From positions 21,753-64,615 of the forward strand of contig CALSCP010001768.1 in the NCBI GenBank assembly GCA_943704425.1: DNA of 42,863 bases, written 5' to 3'. A program made the position numbers and the translations under genes. Each line of letters opens with the position of its first letter. Within the stretch, counting starts at the first letter, position 1. Under the pieces are notes generated by a model. That model saw only the letters and a list, made by a program, of their open reading frames with translations. It was not told where the DNA came from and searched no databases. The stretch comes from Ministeria vibrans ATCC 50519. Its lineage: Eukaryota; Protista; Filasterea. Shown piece by piece: positions 39,131 through 42,863 of the stretch.

Positions 39131-41969
39131 ATGGACGAAAGGCATGCGAGAACCCGGGTTCCCTTGACCTGTATTGACGATCCTACTTTGTTTCTAGGCT
39201 ATTTGGCGCGAAGGCACGGGCGATATTTGAAGCTGGAGATGAGGCGAGTTCAGTGGACGCTGTTGACGATCTGTGGACCAACGTGGTGAGCCGTCCGGTG
39301 CAGCGGGCCCGCAGAAAGTGCCAGCAAGCAGCAGCAGCGGCGGCCGTGGACGCGGAGGCGGCGCNNNNNNNNACGTCGACAATGGTGTGGCGGCTGGCAC
39401 ACCGCCTCGCACGCCCGCTCGAGCACTTTCCCGCCATCCTTGGCGCGCCATGGCCGCCCGCCAGTGAGAGCAGCAGCAACGACGGCACCTCTGGAGACCA
39501 GGACAGGAGCAGCGTCTGTGCTGCGAGTGCAGTGCAAGCGTGTCTGATTGTCCTTGGCGATTTGGCTCGCTACGAAGAGCAACATGTCCGTCCTATTGTT
39601 GGCACAGTGCTTTCCGACGACACCCTTCCGTTATCACATAATCTTTACGTTGCCGCTGCCAATGTCGAAGGCATTCCTGCATCGGGACGGGTCTTCAATG
39701 CGCTTGCAATTCAATGCGACGGACTTGGCGAGGTACAAAAGCACACGATCGCAAGAAGACGACTGTCGACCAACACTTCCCTCGACGCTTCTGCTTACAC
39801 TCCTTTTATTTGTGTTTTACTCTTTTAAATATTTTATTTATGTTACCACTCTTTTTAATAATAGTATCAATAATAATAATTATTATTATTATTATCATTA
39901 TCTTATTCATGTTACCACTCCTTTTAATATCTTATTAATTATGTTACCACTCCTTTTTGATATCTTATTTATGTGACCACTCTTTTTTAATATCTTATAT
40001 TTTATGTTACTCTTTTTAACATTCTTCTCTTTTAGCTGTACTATCTGTGTCGATCTGCGGCCGCACCACGACCTTTCTCACGGGCACGCGAAAACCTCAT
40101 GCGGGTACTAGCGCAGATGGCAGCGCCGACGGAAGACGAGTCAGGGACGAAGGGGGGAGATGGAGTCGCAAGTGGACGAGAGGCGGTGGTGCGTGCTCTG
40201 TCGGTGTATCTGTTGACGCTGTTTGCTGGGGAACGCAAGCGAACGGATGCGTGTGCGACGGTGTTTGTGACAACACTAAGTCGCTATGTGGATACAGCAC
40301 TGACGCCAACGGATTTGTTGCGCGTGTCGGCCATTGTGCTGTTTGCACAGTGGGAAGTGCGCGAGAAGGAGCTGTTGAGTGGACGCAAAGAGCTGTTTCC
40401 TCGTGCTTTGCGAGTGGCAGTGGAAACGATGAAAGTAGTGCTCTCGTGTCACTTTGGCGATGAGGGTCGTGCGTCGTTTGTTTTGGTACGGAGGGGGAAA
40501 GAACTTGCGAGATGAATGGACGAACGTGAAATTTGTGTAGATTTGGCTGACGTGGTTGCGAGAGCGAGTGTTTAACGGTGGAATGGTGACGGATGAGACG
40601 TGTACGCGAGGGAGTTATGGAGCGGCCGTGCTTGAGACAGTGGCGAGTATGGGGCGGGTAAGGGATGAGGAAAGGGAGGAAGGGGAAGGGGAAGGGCGTG
40701 GACAGCAGCGCAAGGGACTGTTCCCGACGACTCAGCGGAAGAGGGAAGCCCTGGGTGGTGGGGATGTGTTGTTGCTGGTGTGGAGGCATGTGGCAGTGTG
40801 GGGCAACAGAGCAGCGGGTAATGAATGGGCGATGCAAAGGCGAGCACATCAGTGTTAATGTAGGTGTGTTTTGTGATGATTAGGGGCACTGGATATGGAT
40901 GCGAAAGTAGAGCAAGAGGGACTGCGCAGCGAAGAAGAGCGAGAAATGGATGGGTTTAGGCCGATTGAAGGAGAAGATGGACGCGACGGGAGAGGGTATG
41001 GAGAGTGGAGCAGTGAACGAAGTGTGAGGATTGTGCGGATTGTGCAACGCACTGCGCAAGTGGCTCAGGGCATCCGCTCATTGCGCTATGACAGTGATGC
41101 GCATCGCTTTGTGTACAGTGCGCGCGAAGGAAATGAGATTGAGACGAAACAGATGCGTAAAATGGCGCAACAGAAGTTACTTTCTGAAGTGGAGCAGTTG
41201 CAAAAGGTAGAGCACGCAGAATATAACAACAATTGAGTGATGAGGGTTTGTGTAGAGTACGCTGGAAAGAAAGGGAGGTGTGGGGACTCTGGGCACAGCA
41301 TATGGAGTTCTGGACACGACTGCGCTGACAGAGCACCTGGCGCGCGTGCAGGCACTGGTGAACACACAAACACTGATTGTAATCGTGCCCTGTGCAGTCA
41401 TTGCCGATCTTGATACGCTCAAGGGACTGCGAGGCACTGAAATGGTCCATTTGGCCCAGTCTGCGCGAATGGCCATTAGTTATTTGGAGGTACCTGTGTG
41501 GGAATGAGGTTATTTGTGTCTTGATGGTTGGGTTGTCTTTCAGCGGTGTTTCAGTGCGGGTGAGCCACATTTGAGGGCTCAGAAGCAAACGGAAACAGTG
41601 AGTGGCAGTCTAGACATTGATTCGTGCTGTCGCTACTTTAACGCTTTGGAAGGAGGTACGCTGTGTGTGTGTGTCTTTCTCTTTGCCTGTGTGTGTATAT
41701 ATATAATTGAGACTGGTTTGAGTTTAGGTGCGACTCTGGTAAGTGGGAACGAGGAGAATGAAACAGAAGAAGAAGAAGAAGAAGAAGAAGAAGAAGGAGA
41801 CAAAGAAAAAGAAGACGAAGAAGAAGAAGAAAAAGAAGAAGAAGAAGGGACTGTGTGGAGTGATGAGAGTGCCAGTGAAAGTGATGAAGAGGAGTCCTAT
41901 GCAGTGACGTTTATTGGACGACTGGTTAAGCGTACAAGACACAACGCAAAGCGGAAGAAGAGACGATAA
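39131..41969 (+). CDS. SMG5: SMG5-like NMD factor (EST1/14-3-3-like domain + degenerate PIN domain), multi-exon
   Basis: CLIVLGDLARY, GRVFNALAI, LYYLCRS..PFSRARENL, EEEREMDGFRPI. SMG5-typical MRKMAQQKLLSEVEQL is followed by the PIN region YGVLDTTALTEHL..IVIVPCAVIADLDTLK..ARMAISYLE..HLRAQK. Exact start uncertain (39131 or 39144). Confidence 0.8.
39835..40022. repeat. AT-rich ~30-bp minisatellite in an SMG5 intron
   Basis: About 5 diverged copies of ttatgttaccactctttttaatatctta. Confidence 0.75.
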
Positions 41970-42030
41970 ACTGAAACAACATGATTGTGAATAATTATTT
42001 ATTGTTTCTACTGTACAAAGTAATTGAGAG

Positions 42031-42726
42031 TTACATTTTCATACGAGCGAGTTCAGTGTCGAGTTCTTGAAGGGTCTGCTGGAGGAGACGGAGTTCGGAA
42101 GGAGGGATTTTGTCACGGCCGGACTGGGCAGCACGAAGCTGCTGTACGATCATGTCACGCTGGTCGTGGATAATCTGTAGAAGCTGCGGGTCGGCAGCAG
42201 GACCGGAGCGGGAGCCAGAGCCACCGCCCGAACCACTGTCGCCGCCCGAGCCACTGCCACCCGGCGATGCAGTCGCGAGGTCACTGAAGAACATCTGGTC
42301 GTCATCAAAGGCGGACAGGGCTCGGCCGGGATCGCGCGTGGCGCCACCGGCACTCTGGCGGGCACCACTGCTCATGGGCGCACCTGCGCCACTCGCCTGC
42401 CCAAACACCCGCCCTTGCGACTGCTGCTGCTGTGGTTGAGCGGGCTCGTCCTTGCGCGGCGGTGCCTTGATAGTGGACAGCAGTTGGGACTGCTGCGGCA
42501 TGGCGTGCTCCAGGTCGTACATACGCTTCTGCAAATAAAAGGCGGCATTGCGGCGGATGTTCTCTTGGATGCGCAGTGTGAGCTTGCCCCGATCTCCCTC
42601 GGGCTTCAGCGTCGCAATTTGCTTGCTCAGTTTGTCCAGGTCGTCTAGCATACGCGCCAGATCTGCCTTGGTCTGCACCGCCTCCAGTTTCATCTGACTT
42701 GCAAATTTCACATTGGGATCCGTTGC
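42031..42726 (-). CDS. RBSN: rabenosyn-5 (ZFYVE20/Vac1-like), terminal exon; gene starts beyond the right edge
   Basis: Acceptor ttag at 42727-42730. LDDLDKLSKQIATL...LRIQENIRRNAAFYLQKRM matches the post-FYVE helix. DPQLLQIIHDQ...LRAAQ...ELRLLQQTLQELDTE matches the Rbsn Rab-binding hairpin. Confidence 0.75.
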   Translation of the reverse strand, partial: ATDPNVKFASQMKLEAVQTKADLARMLDDLDKLSKQIATLKPEGDRGKLTLRIQENIRRNAAFYLQKRMYDLEHAMPQQSQLLSTIKAPPRKDEPAQPQQQQSQGRVFGQASGAGAPMSSGARQSAGGATRDPGRALSAFDDDQMFFSDLATASPGGSGSGGDSGSGGGSGSRSGPAADPQLLQIIHDQRDMIVQQLRAAQSGRDKIPPSELRLLQQTLQELDTELARMKM

Positions 42727-42779
42727 CTAACGGGTGCACAAGAGAGAGAGGGAGAGAAAGGAGGGAGAAAGAAACAAAG

Positions 42780-42863
<84 letters not shown>

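Overview
Gene-dense, intron-rich eukaryotic DNA with GC-rich exons, short (mostly 50-140 nt) GT-AG introns and many microsatellites. The gene set points to an opisthokont, probably a unicellular holozoan (inference). Spliced genes reconstructed by hand, left to right: FCHo-like F-BAR protein (partial, -), MAP3K4/MEKK4 kinase (+), DUF3605/GIG1-like (-), CRAL-TRIO lipid-transfer protein (+), an orphan polyQ protein (+), SRPK (-), a frameshifted ankyrin-repeat pseudogene (+), SCYL1 (-), PSMC5/RPT6 (+), a signal-peptide SAM methyltransferase with a C-terminal TM anchor (-), a degenerate repeat patch around an 842-N gap, gephyrin (-), SF3B3 (-), an intronless P-type ATPase homolog (-), SMG5-like (+) and the 3' exon of rabenosyn-5 (-). 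The most striking item is the P-type ATPase. Its ~1240-aa ORF is intact, yet the phosphorylated Asp (DKTGT->NKNGT), TGES, PEGL and GDGxND motifs are all replaced, making it a candidate pseudo-pump. All family calls come from motif recognition by eye; no searches were run.
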